A stretch of 64,000 nucleotides of DNA, from the NCBI GenBank assembly GCA_965199855.1, contig OZ241326.1, positions 2,560,001 through 2,624,000 on the forward strand, in the 5' to 3' direction. Below the pieces are notes generated by a model, which was given only the letters and a program-made list of their open reading frames with translations, was not told the DNA's origin and did not search any database. Shown here piece after piece: positions 28,272 to 36,506 of this stretch; within the stretch, counting starts at the first letter, position 1, and each line of letters starts with the position of its first letter. Position numbers and translations under genes: made by a program. Origin of the DNA: a bacterium. GTDB taxonomy: Bacteria > UBA8248.

Positions 28272-28828
28272 ATGAACCCGGCGTCCCGGAGCCGCATCCA
28301 CAGAGGCGTCTTCAGCCTCGCCCTGCCGTGCTTCCTGATTACAGCCTGCGCGCCTCTGGAGTTGGGACCACGGGGAACAGACACGCGGACGTACGGAAGG
28401 TGCGGCGTCATCACCTTGATAGATCACCTGAAGGGCGAAACGAGCCATACGCTCACCTGCCTCGGCTTCGCCGATGGCTCTCCGGGATCAGAACGCCCGG
28501 CAGCGGGACTGAATTGCCTCCCCGATGCTTCGCTCGGACTTACTCTATATCCAGGCAAGGCGCAGTCGCATTCCGGGCAGCTCATCAACGTTCGCTATCG
28601 CTTCAATCAACGCGCGACTGTGGAAAAAGCCTGGTTTTGGGTCCCAGAGAAGCAAATGGCGGGCACTCTGTCCGACGTTCTCATAAAAGATTTTCTACGC
28701 GGCATGGCGGCGCGGGAGCGCCTCACCTTCGAGGCCGGGGAGACAGATGGGCGACCATTCCCTTCACCGGGGACACCACAGGCGCCATCAACGACTTCCG
28801 GAGCCGCTGCGCCGCGCTGAAAAAATAA
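28272..28828 (+). pseudogene. Putative lipoprotein, paralogue 3, frameshifted near C-terminus
   Basis: Two extra G at 28737-28740 relative to copy 1; the conserved tail FTGDTTGAINDFRSRCAALKK is in another frame, ending at 28828. Confidence 0.7.
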
Positions 28829-28895
28829 AGCCGCGCCCAACCGACCGGAGCGTTTCCTCCCTCCAAAGCCCCTGAACGCGGAAAATACAAGACGC

Positions 28896-28947
28896 CGCAT
28901 TTGCCCGCATTTGCGGTTTTTTCTCCTCCTAGCGGCTCCAATACACT
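28896..28947 (+). promoter_or_regulatory. Putative activator-dependent promoter of tape-measure-like gene
   Basis: CGCATTTGCCCGCATTTGCGG (28896-28916), 25 bp, TACACT (28942-28947); same architecture as 21769-21820. Confidence 0.65.
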
Positions 28948-29031
28948 GCGCCCTTCCCCGCCGCGGGGAGCGACGGGGCGCGGGCCCGCGCCGCGTGTTG
29001 TTCAGGCATTGCATTTCAAAGGGAGAGCCCT

Positions 29032-30855
29032 ATGACGGAGGGCATTCAGAAAACAATAGGCTTGAATCTCGAAAACATCCTGAAAGCACTCAAGGAGGCC
29101 GAAGAAGCTACCACGAAACAGCGCGAAGCGATTCAAAAGCTGAGCAAGAGCTATACCGCTTTGGTCAAACCAACGAAGCAGGTCGGCGCCGTTCTGAAGA
29201 AAATAGGAGCTGACGGCGCGAAAACAGCACCAAAACTAGACGCGGTTGCCGCTTCATGCAAAAACCTGTCCTCCGGCATGAAACAAGTGAGCGAGACCGC
29301 AAAGAATACAAATACTGATCACTTCACCGAAGCCCTTGATAAAATCAAACAGACCATCACGAATTTTTCCCCTTCTTTTAAGATCGTCAAAAAAGCAATA
29401 GATGACATCGCCAAAGCGAGCGAGGAATCGTTCGATCGGCTCTTCGACGACGTATTCAAAGGGAAAATCAACAGCGCCAGGGATCTGCTGCGCGGGCTCA
29501 AGGGCGCGTTCACCGAGATCAAGACCCACGCCGTCAAGTCGATGAAGGAGGCCGCCTCCGAGATAGCGAACAAGCAGCTATTCGAGCCGGCGAAGAACGC
29601 GCTCAAGGAGCTGATGAAAAAGCAGTTCCTCGATCCGATGCGCGACGAGCTCAAAAAAATGGGCGAGAGCCTGCTGAACACGCTCAAGGATATGGTCAAG
29701 AACCTGTTAGAGAGTCTGGGCAAGGGGCCGCTGGGCGGTCTGTTCGGCGGGCTGTTGGGCGCGGCGAAAAATCTGTTCGGCCTCTTCGGCCTCTCGAAAG
29801 GCGGCCTGGTGAAAAAGCCGACCCTGGCGCTCCTCGGCGAGGCGGGGCCCGAGCTCGTCCTGCCGCTGGCGAAGCTCGGAGGCGAGGCGGGACTCACGCG
29901 GCTCCTCAAGTCCGCCTCCGACATCAAGGCCGCGAACCAGCTGGGCGGCACGGCGATCTCCACCCGGGCCGGCGCCGAGGCGAGCGGCAAGCTGGCCGCG
30001 AAAATCGCCGCCTCGAAGGCGTCCTCCATCCTGCAAATCGCCGCCTCCGCGGCGCAGTTCCTGAGCGGCCCGAAAAACCTGAAGAGCGCGGCGAACCTGG
30101 GCGTCAACGTCGCGGGCGCCGTCCCCGGGCTGGCGGGCGCGGCGGGCCTCGCCGCCTTCGCGCCGATGGCGGGCGCCTTTCTGGCGACCGACGTCCTGTT
30201 CAACAAGGGAGGCGCCATCAAAAAGGGGCTTTCGCTCCTGGGCCTCAAGGGCTTTCGCAACAGGGCCACGCCCTTCACCAAGGGGCTGGCGAACCTCGCC
30301 CAGGCGGGCGGGCTCTATCTGGCGCTCGAGCGCTTCCGCGAGACCGGCAAGGCGATCGAGGCGGTGGACGTTCATTTCCCGAAAGAGGCCTACCGGGGCA
30401 ACATGGACGTGGACGCCATCCTGCTGAAGAAGGTCGGCGCGACGTTCCAGGCCGTTCAGCGCGCGGCGGCGGCCTCCGGCGTATCGCCCCAGGAGGGGGT
30501 GCGCCGCTATTTCGGCGAGGGTCTCTACAGTACCTACATGGGAGCGCTGCCCGTCGAAGTCGAGGGAGACGCGGCGGGCCGGTTCATCAGGCGCTCGGCC
30601 CTCAGGCTCGTGGGCGAGGCGGGGCCCGAGCACATCGTGAACGTGAACCACCCCCAGTCCATCGACTTCTTCCAGCGCGGGGTGCGTCCCATCATCCGCG
30701 ACGCGATGCGCGAGGAGGCGGGCGGACGCGGTGGGGAGTCGCATACCTACCACATCCACATCGAGGGAAACCTGAGCGACGACCGCACGCTCGAGAAGCT
30801 CTCGCGCAAGCTGGAGGAGATCAGCAGGCGGCGGCGCCGCTACGGGAGCGTCTGA
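29032..30855 (+). CDS. Phage tail tape measure-like protein
   Basis: Long Ala/Lys/Leu helical protein with a Gly-rich GGLFGGLLG segment; SKGGLVKKPTLALLGEAGPELVLPL and a second VGEAGPE motif, typical of TMP C-termini; terminal YHIHIEG strand. Confidence 0.75.
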   Translation: MTEGIQKTIGLNLENILKALKEAEEATTKQREAIQKLSKSYTALVKPTKQVGAVLKKIGADGAKTAPKLDAVAASCKNLSSGMKQVSETAKNTNTDHFTEALDKIKQTITNFSPSFKIVKKAIDDIAKASEESFDRLFDDVFKGKINSARDLLRGLKGAFTEIKTHAVKSMKEAASEIANKQLFEPAKNALKELMKKQFLDPMRDELKKMGESLLNTLKDMVKNLLESLGKGPLGGLFGGLLGAAKNLFGLFGLSKGGLVKKPTLALLGEAGPELVLPLAKLGGEAGLTRLLKSASDIKAANQLGGTAISTRAGAEASGKLAAKIAASKASSILQIAASAAQFLSGPKNLKSAANLGVNVAGAVPGLAGAAGLAAFAPMAGAFLATDVLFNKGGAIKKGLSLLGLKGFRNRATPFTKGLANLAQAGGLYLALERFRETGKAIEAVDVHFPKEAYRGNMDVDAILLKKVGATFQAVQRAAAASGVSPQEGVRRYFGEGLYSTYMGALPVEVEGDAAGRFIRRSALRLVGEAGPEHIVNVNHPQSIDFFQRGVRPIIRDAMREEAGGRGGESHTYHIHIEGNLSDDRTLEKLSRKLEEISRRRRRYGSV

Positions 30856-30943
30856 GCGGGAGTTTCCGGGGGGTCTCGCGAAAAGCCAAGATATCTTCAC
30901 ACGCGCCTGAACGGGAGAGGCGTCCGCGGGGCTTCGCGCCTCG

Positions 30944-32206
30944 TCAGACCATCGGGTCGAGGCCCAGCACGGCGCGGCGCACGAGCTCCATCGCATAGAC
31001 GGGCGCGCGCGACTGCACGAACTGTTCGTTGCCCCCGAAGCTCGACGAGAAGGCGAACGTCTCCGCGCCCGCGTCCAGCGCCATGTGGGTAGGGCCAAGC
31101 GCCGGCGCGCGGCGGGAGTTCTCCGGCTCGATGTTCTCGGGGGGATTGGGGCCGAAGACGGCGAGTCCCATGTCCGCGCCCGATTCCTCCCGAACCCTTC
31201 GGGCGAGCGCGCGGGCGAACCGCCCGGCGTCTTCGCTCTCCTCCACTCCGAACATGGCCGCCAGCTCCTCCGCGCGCAGGCCGACGACGCCGCGCTTCAA
31301 AAACTTCACGCGCTCGGGCCAGGCGCTCAGGCTCTGGAGGACGGCCCCGCCGGTGTTCGACTCGACGATCGCCAGACTCCTGCCGCTCCGGGCGAGGACG
31401 CGCGCCAGCGTCTCCGCGAGCGTCGCCTCGCCCGCGGCGTAGATGGCCGAACCCAGGATTTCGCGCACCTTGACCTCCAGCCCGTCGATCATCGTCTCCG
31501 CCTCCTCGACGCTCGCCGCCCGCGCGGTGATGCGCACGTCCACCTGGCCGGGATGGGCGAGGACGCCGATGCTGGGGTTGACTGATTCGCGGAAGAGGTC
31601 GGAAATCATCTCATCGACGCGCGATTCGCCCAGGCCGCAGGTCTTCAGCACGCGCGTCCTGATGACCTCGCCCAGGTCGAATTTCTCCCGCAGGATGGGC
31701 ACCGCGCGCTCGGCGATGATGTAGCGCATCTCGTGCGGAACGCCCGGACTCACGATGATGACCCCCTTCTCGTCCTCGCACAGGAAGCAGGGCGCGGTTC
31801 CGCGCGGATTCTCGATGGGGGCCGCGCCGGCGGGAACGTAGGCCTGCTTCCGGTTGTTCTCGCTCATCCGGAAGCCGCGGCGCTGAAAATAGGCGCTGAT
31901 GTAGTCATACAGATCCTGGCGGAACTCGAGCTCCACGCCCATCACCTTCGCGCAGGCTTCCCGCGTGAGGTCGTCGACCGTGGGGCCGAGTCCCCCCGTG
32001 GTGATGACCACCTGGGAGCGCTCGTGCGCCTGTCCGATGACGCCCGCGATTCTCTCCAGGTTGTCGCCGACTGTGGTCTTGAAATATATGTTGACGCCGA
32101 TCGACTTGAGCTGATTCGCGATGAAGGCGCTGTTGGTGTCGATGAGATCGCCCAGGAGCATCTCGGTGCCGATGGCGACAATCTCGCCGCGAACGGGTTC
32201 CGGCAT
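30944..32206 (-). CDS. cinA: CinA-family competence/damage-inducible protein (MoCF domain plus degenerate PncC domain)
   Basis: IGTEMLLG..DTNS, TVGDN, TGGLGPTVDDLT, NPRGTAP, PGVPHEM. Confidence 0.88.
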   Translation of the reverse strand: MPEPVRGEIVAIGTEMLLGDLIDTNSAFIANQLKSIGVNIYFKTTVGDNLERIAGVIGQAHERSQVVITTGGLGPTVDDLTREACAKVMGVELEFRQDLYDYISAYFQRRGFRMSENNRKQAYVPAGAAPIENPRGTAPCFLCEDEKGVIIVSPGVPHEMRYIIAERAVPILREKFDLGEVIRTRVLKTCGLGESRVDEMISDLFRESVNPSIGVLAHPGQVDVRITARAASVEEAETMIDGLEVKVREILGSAIYAAGEATLAETLARVLARSGRSLAIVESNTGGAVLQSLSAWPERVKFLKRGVVGLRAEELAAMFGVEESEDAGRFARALARRVREESGADMGLAVFGPNPPENIEPENSRRAPALGPTHMALDAGAETFAFSSSFGGNEQFVQSRAPVYAMELVRRAVLGLDPMV

Positions 32207-32312
32207 GAAGGGTTCCTTTATCTCGTCTCGCGTCGAACTCGTCAGATGACGCTCTTCGTCGGGGAGCCGCATCTTAGGGGAGCGGCGCTTCGCCGACAAG
32301 GGGCGCGCGCCC

Positions 32313-33044
32313 TCAGGGAGACGCGCCCAGCCCCGACAGGTCGAGCCAGCACCCGAACCACCGCGTGGCGCGCCCGTTCAGCGTCTCCAGATGCGCCGGG
32401 GCGTCGCGCAGCATCGCCTGCGGGTCCGCGTCCGAGCGCGGAGAATCGAGATCGCCCGCGAACGCATCCAGCCAGGCGGAGATATCCTCCATCCCGACCT
32501 CGAGGTGAAACTGAAAGGCGTAGGCGCGCTCTCCCCAGCGAAACGCCTGATGGGGGCATCGCGCGGAGGACGCCAGATGAACCGCGCCCTCCGGGAGGTC
32601 GAACGTGTCGCCGTGCCATTGAAAAACGGGGAAGGAAGGCTCCTCATCGCCAAGCAGGGGATCGGCCCGCGCCGCCTGCGTCAACTCCACCGGAAACCAG
32701 CCGATCTCCTTCTTCTCCTCCGCCGGATAGACGCGCGCGCCCAGCGCGGCCGCCATGAGCTGCGCGCCCAGGCAAAGGCCATAGACGGGAAGCCCCGCGC
32801 GAAGGGCCTCGCCCAGAAAGCGGATCTCCTCCGCCAGCCAGGGATATTTCCCGCTCTCATAAACGCCCATCGGCCCGCCCAGGACGACGAGCGCCTTCAC
32901 GCCCCCGAGCTCTCCCCAGGAGCGCGGGAGGCGCTCGCCTCTGTGGAGGGCGAGGTAGCGGAAGGGAATCTCTCTCCGCGCGAGCGTCCCCTTCAGCGTC
33001 GAGAGTCTTTCCACGTCCACATGCTGAAGCGCGAGAACCGACAA
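32313..33044 (-). CDS. Class I glutamine amidotransferase domain protein
   Basis: LGGPMGV, GLCLGAQL, WHGDTF, QFHLE catalytic triad. Confidence 0.9.
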   Translation of the reverse strand: MSVLALQHVDVERLSTLKGTLARREIPFRYLALHRGERLPRSWGELGGVKALVVLGGPMGVYESGKYPWLAEEIRFLGEALRAGLPVYGLCLGAQLMAAALGARVYPAEEKKEIGWFPVELTQAARADPLLGDEEPSFPVFQWHGDTFDLPEGAVHLASSARCPHQAFRWGERAYAFQFHLEVGMEDISAWLDAFAGDLDSPRSDADPQAMLRDAPAHLETLNGRATRWFGCWLDLSGLGASP

Positions 33045-33065
33045 GGCGAAGCCCCTCCCCCGAGC

Positions 33066-33827
33066 CTACAGACCGAGAATCAAAAGCGCGTCCTCCAGAC
33101 TTTCGATCTCGAAATCGGGCGGCTTGGCGCCCTCGGGAACGGCCGCTCCTTTTCTGTTGAGCCACGCGCACGGCATCCCCACCCCCTGGGGGCCTTCCAC
33201 GTCGGCCTCGAACGTGTCGCCCACGAAGAGCACCTCGCCCGGCGCCGCGCCCAGCCTCCGCGCCGCGTTCAGGAACAGGGACGCCGCCGGCTTTCTGAAG
33301 CCCTCCTCCTCGGAAATATGCACGGCGTCGAGATGCGGAGCGATGCCCTCCCGCTCGATGATTCGCCAGGCGGTGGGCGCGTGGTCGAAGTTGCTGACGA
33401 GCGCCACGCCCAGGCCCGCGTCCTTGATCTTCCGCAAAACGTCGAGGCGGCCCGCGTCGAACACGACGGAATTCTCGATGCCGCGCATGTGCGCGTTCAG
33501 GGCGGTCTTCGCGGCCCGCGCCCTGTCCTTCGGGGCAATGGCCACCAGAAGCGCCATAAGACGCTCGAAGCGCTCTATCGAGCGAACCTCCCTGTGCTCG
33601 GGGTCGCGGTTGCGCTCCCCCCACACCTCCCGCGAGTTCCGCATCCAGAGCTGATGGAAGGCGGAATAGTTCGGCACCGGGAAGCCGCCCTCGTAGAGCG
33701 CGTCGTAAGCCGCTTTCGAGGTGGTTCTCTCCTCTTTTCCGTCGATTTCCACCACGGGAAAGAGGGAGACGTCGAAATCGACGAGCGTGTCGAAAAGGTC
33801 GAACGCCACCGCGCGATGCGAAGCCAA
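33066..33827 (-). CDS. HAD-family hydrolase
   Basis: FDLFDTL, VSN, RKP, FVGDTFEADVEG. Confidence 0.88.
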   Translation of the reverse strand: MASHRAVAFDLFDTLVDFDVSLFPVVEIDGKEERTTSKAAYDALYEGGFPVPNYSAFHQLWMRNSREVWGERNRDPEHREVRSIERFERLMALLVAIAPKDRARAAKTALNAHMRGIENSVVFDAGRLDVLRKIKDAGLGVALVSNFDHAPTAWRIIEREGIAPHLDAVHISEEEGFRKPAASLFLNAARRLGAAPGEVLFVGDTFEADVEGPQGVGMPCAWLNRKGAAVPEGAKPPDFEIESLEDALLILGL

Positions 33828-33872
33828 GGGAACTCCCGCGAAATTCGTAAAACCCGGGGGCGGGCGCGAATC

Positions 33873-34376
33873 TCAGTCGTAGCCGCCGTCCATGTCCATC
33901 TTGCGATAGGCGCTGGCGTAGAAAAGAAGCGGGGGGCGCGCCTCCTCCTCCATCAGGACGCGGGTCACGCGCCCCACGACGATGGTATGGTCTCCGCCCG
34001 GAAGCTCCTCGTGCAGGCCGCACTCCAGCGCGCCCACGTTTCCCGCCAGCAGGGGCGATCCGTTCTCGCCCGCCTCGTGAGCGATGTCCGCGAACTGATC
34101 CTCAGCGTCCCTGCCCTTGCCCGCGAACCAGTCGGAAGCGCCCTTCTGCTCCTCGGAGAGGAAATTGACGGCGAACTTCCCCGCCGCCTGAACGACCCTC
34201 AGGCTCGACGCCTTGTTGTCGAAGCACACCAGGATGAGCGGCGGATCGAGCGAGAGGGAGGAAAAGGCGTTCGCCGTCATCCCCCGGGCTTCGGCGCCGG
34301 CTTTCGCGGTGACGACCGTGACGCCGGTGGCGAACCTGCCGAGGGCGGTTCTGAACTCTTTGGGGTCGATGCTCAT
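33873..34376 (-). CDS. Flavin reductase family protein
   Basis: FRTALGRFATGVTVVT, SLDPPL, GDHTIVVG. Confidence 0.92.
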   Translation of the reverse strand: MSIDPKEFRTALGRFATGVTVVTAKAGAEARGMTANAFSSLSLDPPLILVCFDNKASSLRVVQAAGKFAVNFLSEEQKGASDWFAGKGRDAEDQFADIAHEAGENGSPLLAGNVGALECGLHEELPGGDHTIVVGRVTRVLMEEEARPPLLFYASAYRKMDMDGGYD

Positions 34377-34462
34377 GCGCGCCGTCCTTTCATCCAATGA
34401 ATTCTCGGGGTTATTGCGAATCTCCCGGCCAATCGCAGGGGCCGCGGCGTCCACGCGCCCCG

Positions 34463-35497
34463 TTACCCGGCGGGTGAGAGGAGCACCTTCAGCCCGGAGC
34501 CTCGCCTCATCATCTCAAAGCCGGCCTCCCATTCATCGAGAGGCAGCATGTCGGATATCATGGCCTCGGCGTCGATTCGGCCCGTCTCGAGCAGCTCGAT
34601 CGCCAGGAGCCAGGCGGAGCGCTTCTGGCCGAACGTGCCGACCAGGCGAACCTCCTTGAACGCCAGCCGATCCATATCGACGGGAACGGGCGCGCCGGGC
34701 AGCCCGGCCTGCAGGATTTCTCCTCCCTTTCTCACCGCTTCGACGCAAGCCCCCAGCGCGCCGGGCGCGCCCGCCGCCTCGACCGCCAAATCGGCTCCCC
34801 AGCCATTCGTCGCCTCCCGAACCGCATCGAGAACGCTCTCATCTTCCACAGTTACGGTCCGTTCGACGCCTAAAGAGCGGGCGAGAGAGAGCCTGCGGGC
34901 GTCTTTCGCCGTTCCCGCCATCAGAACCCGGGCGCCGTGGGCGAGAGCCACCTGGGCGCACGCCAGCCCAATCGTTCCAGGCCCCATGATGAGGACGACG
35001 TCCCCCTCGCGCACGCGGCACTGCTCGCACATGCCGTGCGCGCACACTGCCAGAGGCTCCGAGAGAGCGGCCGCTTTCAGGCTTACGCCGTCCGGCAGGA
35101 GGTGGACGGACGCGGCCCGCGTGACCACGTAATCGGTGAAGGCGCCGTGGCTCACCACGCCCGCGATGTCGCGCGCGTCGCACCGATTGTAGCGGCCGGA
35201 GATGCAGTGCGGACACGCGCGGCAGGTCGATTTCGTGGGCTCGGCCGTCACGCGCGCGCCCGGTGGAATCCCCTCAACCCCAGGGCCGGTCTCCACAACC
35301 CGGCCCGAGAACTCGTGGCCCAGCACCACGGGCGGAAAATAGTGAAAGAAATCTCCCTGAGCGATGTGCACATCCGTGCCGCAGATGCCGGCGTGGGCGA
35401 TTTCTATCTTCACCTGCCCGGGGCCTGCGAAGGGCTCCTCCAAGTCAAGAAGCGCCATCTCGCCGGGGCCCTTCGCCTGCTTCACCAAGGCCTTCAC
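34463..35497 (-). CDS. Zinc-dependent alcohol dehydrogenase (MDR family)
   Basis: GICGTD, GHEFSG, structural Zn CxxCxxC..C, GPGTIG; GTG start at VKALVK. Confidence 0.9.
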   Translation of the reverse strand: MKALVKQAKGPGEMALLDLEEPFAGPGQVKIEIAHAGICGTDVHIAQGDFFHYFPPVVLGHEFSGRVVETGPGVEGIPPGARVTAEPTKSTCRACPHCISGRYNRCDARDIAGVVSHGAFTDYVVTRAASVHLLPDGVSLKAAALSEPLAVCAHGMCEQCRVREGDVVLIMGPGTIGLACAQVALAHGARVLMAGTAKDARRLSLARSLGVERTVTVEDESVLDAVREATNGWGADLAVEAAGAPGALGACVEAVRKGGEILQAGLPGAPVPVDMDRLAFKEVRLVGTFGQKRSAWLLAIELLETGRIDAEAMISDMLPLDEWEAGFEMMRRGSGLKVLLSPAG

Positions 35498-35517
35498 GGC
35501 CGCCTCACGCGGGGAAA

Positions 35518-36231
35518 TCAGGCGTTCAGCACGGCGATCGCCCGAATCGGCGAACCCGACCCGCCCCGAATCTTGAGCGGAAGCCCGATGTAGAGAAACT
35601 CCTTGCCCACCACGTCCTCGATGTTCCGCAGATTCTCCGTGTTGGTGCGTCCCAGCTCGCGGCAGACGAGGTGGCAGGGGTATTCCGGGCTGTGCGCCAT
35701 GTCCATGCTGGGGGCGTCGGTGCCCACGTTGACGGCGCCGCACTCGCCATACACGTATTCTGCCGCGTCGCGCGTCCAGCCGGCGTAGGCCGTGGTGTAG
35801 AGGGGAGTCGGGTAGTGCCGCTTGTAGTGCCCGTAGGTGTAGAGGAGGGTGTCGCCCGGCTTGATCTCGCAATCGTGGTGATCGAGCCGTCTTTTCACGT
35901 CGTCCGCGCTGATGTAGCCGTTGTCCTCCACGTTCTCGAAGTCAATCGCTATGCCCCGGCTGTAGAAGGAATCGAAGTTCATCTCGTCGATGTGCGGCGC
36001 GTCGGGCGAGGGGTCCAGATGGCTGATGGAGTCCACGTGCGTGGGGCCGTGCTCGCAGAACTGGACGATGCCGGAGTAATAGCTCATCTCGCTCTTGAAG
36101 CGTCCGCTGGCGGCGCTTTCCTCGTGCGTCATGTTCGTCCAACGCCAGGTTTCAGGATGGCCCACGAACACCGGCTGCCCCTGGTAAATTTCCTGCGTGA
36201 GATCGACGATTTCATGATTCTTATACGCCAT
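35518..36231 (-). CDS. Cyclase family metal-dependent hydrolase (KynB-like)
   Basis: HGPTHVDSISH, ENL, PLKIRGGSGSPIRA. Confidence 0.9.
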   Translation of the reverse strand: MAYKNHEIVDLTQEIYQGQPVFVGHPETWRWTNMTHEESAASGRFKSEMSYYSGIVQFCEHGPTHVDSISHLDPSPDAPHIDEMNFDSFYSRGIAIDFENVEDNGYISADDVKRRLDHHDCEIKPGDTLLYTYGHYKRHYPTPLYTTAYAGWTRDAAEYVYGECGAVNVGTDAPSMDMAHSPEYPCHLVCRELGRTNTENLRNIEDVVGKEFLYIGLPLKIRGGSGSPIRAIAVLNA

Positions 36232-36367
36232 GGGATTCTCCTTCGGCCCTCTGCGCTTCGCGGCGCGTCAAGCGAAGCGCATCCTCTGAATGGAAGCCGA
36301 AAACGGGCGGTTTCACCCTCGTCCGGATTCCGGCAGTGGAGCGTCTCGGGTTTTGACAAGCGTTCCG

Positions 36368-36396
36368 ATAGTAAGACCGCGGGAGCGCCTTGTCAA
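36368..36396 (-). promoter_or_regulatory. Sigma70-type promoter of cyclase operon
   Basis: Minus strand TTGACA, 17-bp spacer, TACTAT. Confidence 0.65.
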
Positions 36397-36428
36397 CGGA
36401 ACGCCCCGGCGCGCGGGGGACCCGGGCA

Positions 36429-36458
36429 TTGACACGCAAAAGCCCCCCTTCCTACGAT
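36429..36458 (+). promoter_or_regulatory. Sigma70-type promoter, divergent
   Basis: TTGACA, 18-bp spacer, TACGAT. Confidence 0.6.
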
Positions 36459-36506
36459 GGCGAACGAACGCGCCCTCTTTTTCTCACTTTCATGGAAAGC
36501 GACCCG

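Larger units (their letters stand above)
27041..28848 (+). repeat. Tandem triplication of about 610-bp gene units
   Basis: Each unit starts GGAGACGAGAATG (27041, 27650, 28262) and shares long identical 5' and 3' blocks and the intergenic spacer. Confidence 0.95.

Noticed and set aside
27041-28848. Diversity-generating retroelement template/variable repeat pair
   Set aside because: Repeats are whole genes, differences are not adenine-specific, and no reverse transcriptase is in the window.
21769-28916. 21-bp direct repeats as attL/attR or target-site duplication
   Set aside because: The tape-measure-like gene lies outside the pair, no recombinase is present, a third inverted copy exists, and the fixed spacing to -10 hexamers fits a promoter element better. 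Not fully excluded.
21916-30855. Intact prophage, or contractile system (R-type tailocin, eCIS, T6SS)
   Set aside because: No integrase, terminase, capsid, sheath, baseplate J or VgrG/PAAR recognisable within the window.
30857-30885. Hairpin after the tape-measure-like gene as an intrinsic terminator
   Set aside because: Imperfect stem with no T tract on the required side for either strand.
34463-35872. 469-aa extended alcohol dehydrogenase ORF, and similar 5' extensions of map, rpsS, rplX, rpsM and cinA in the ORF track
   Set aside because: Extensions overlap upstream genes and lack homology; starts were trimmed to the family N-terminus.
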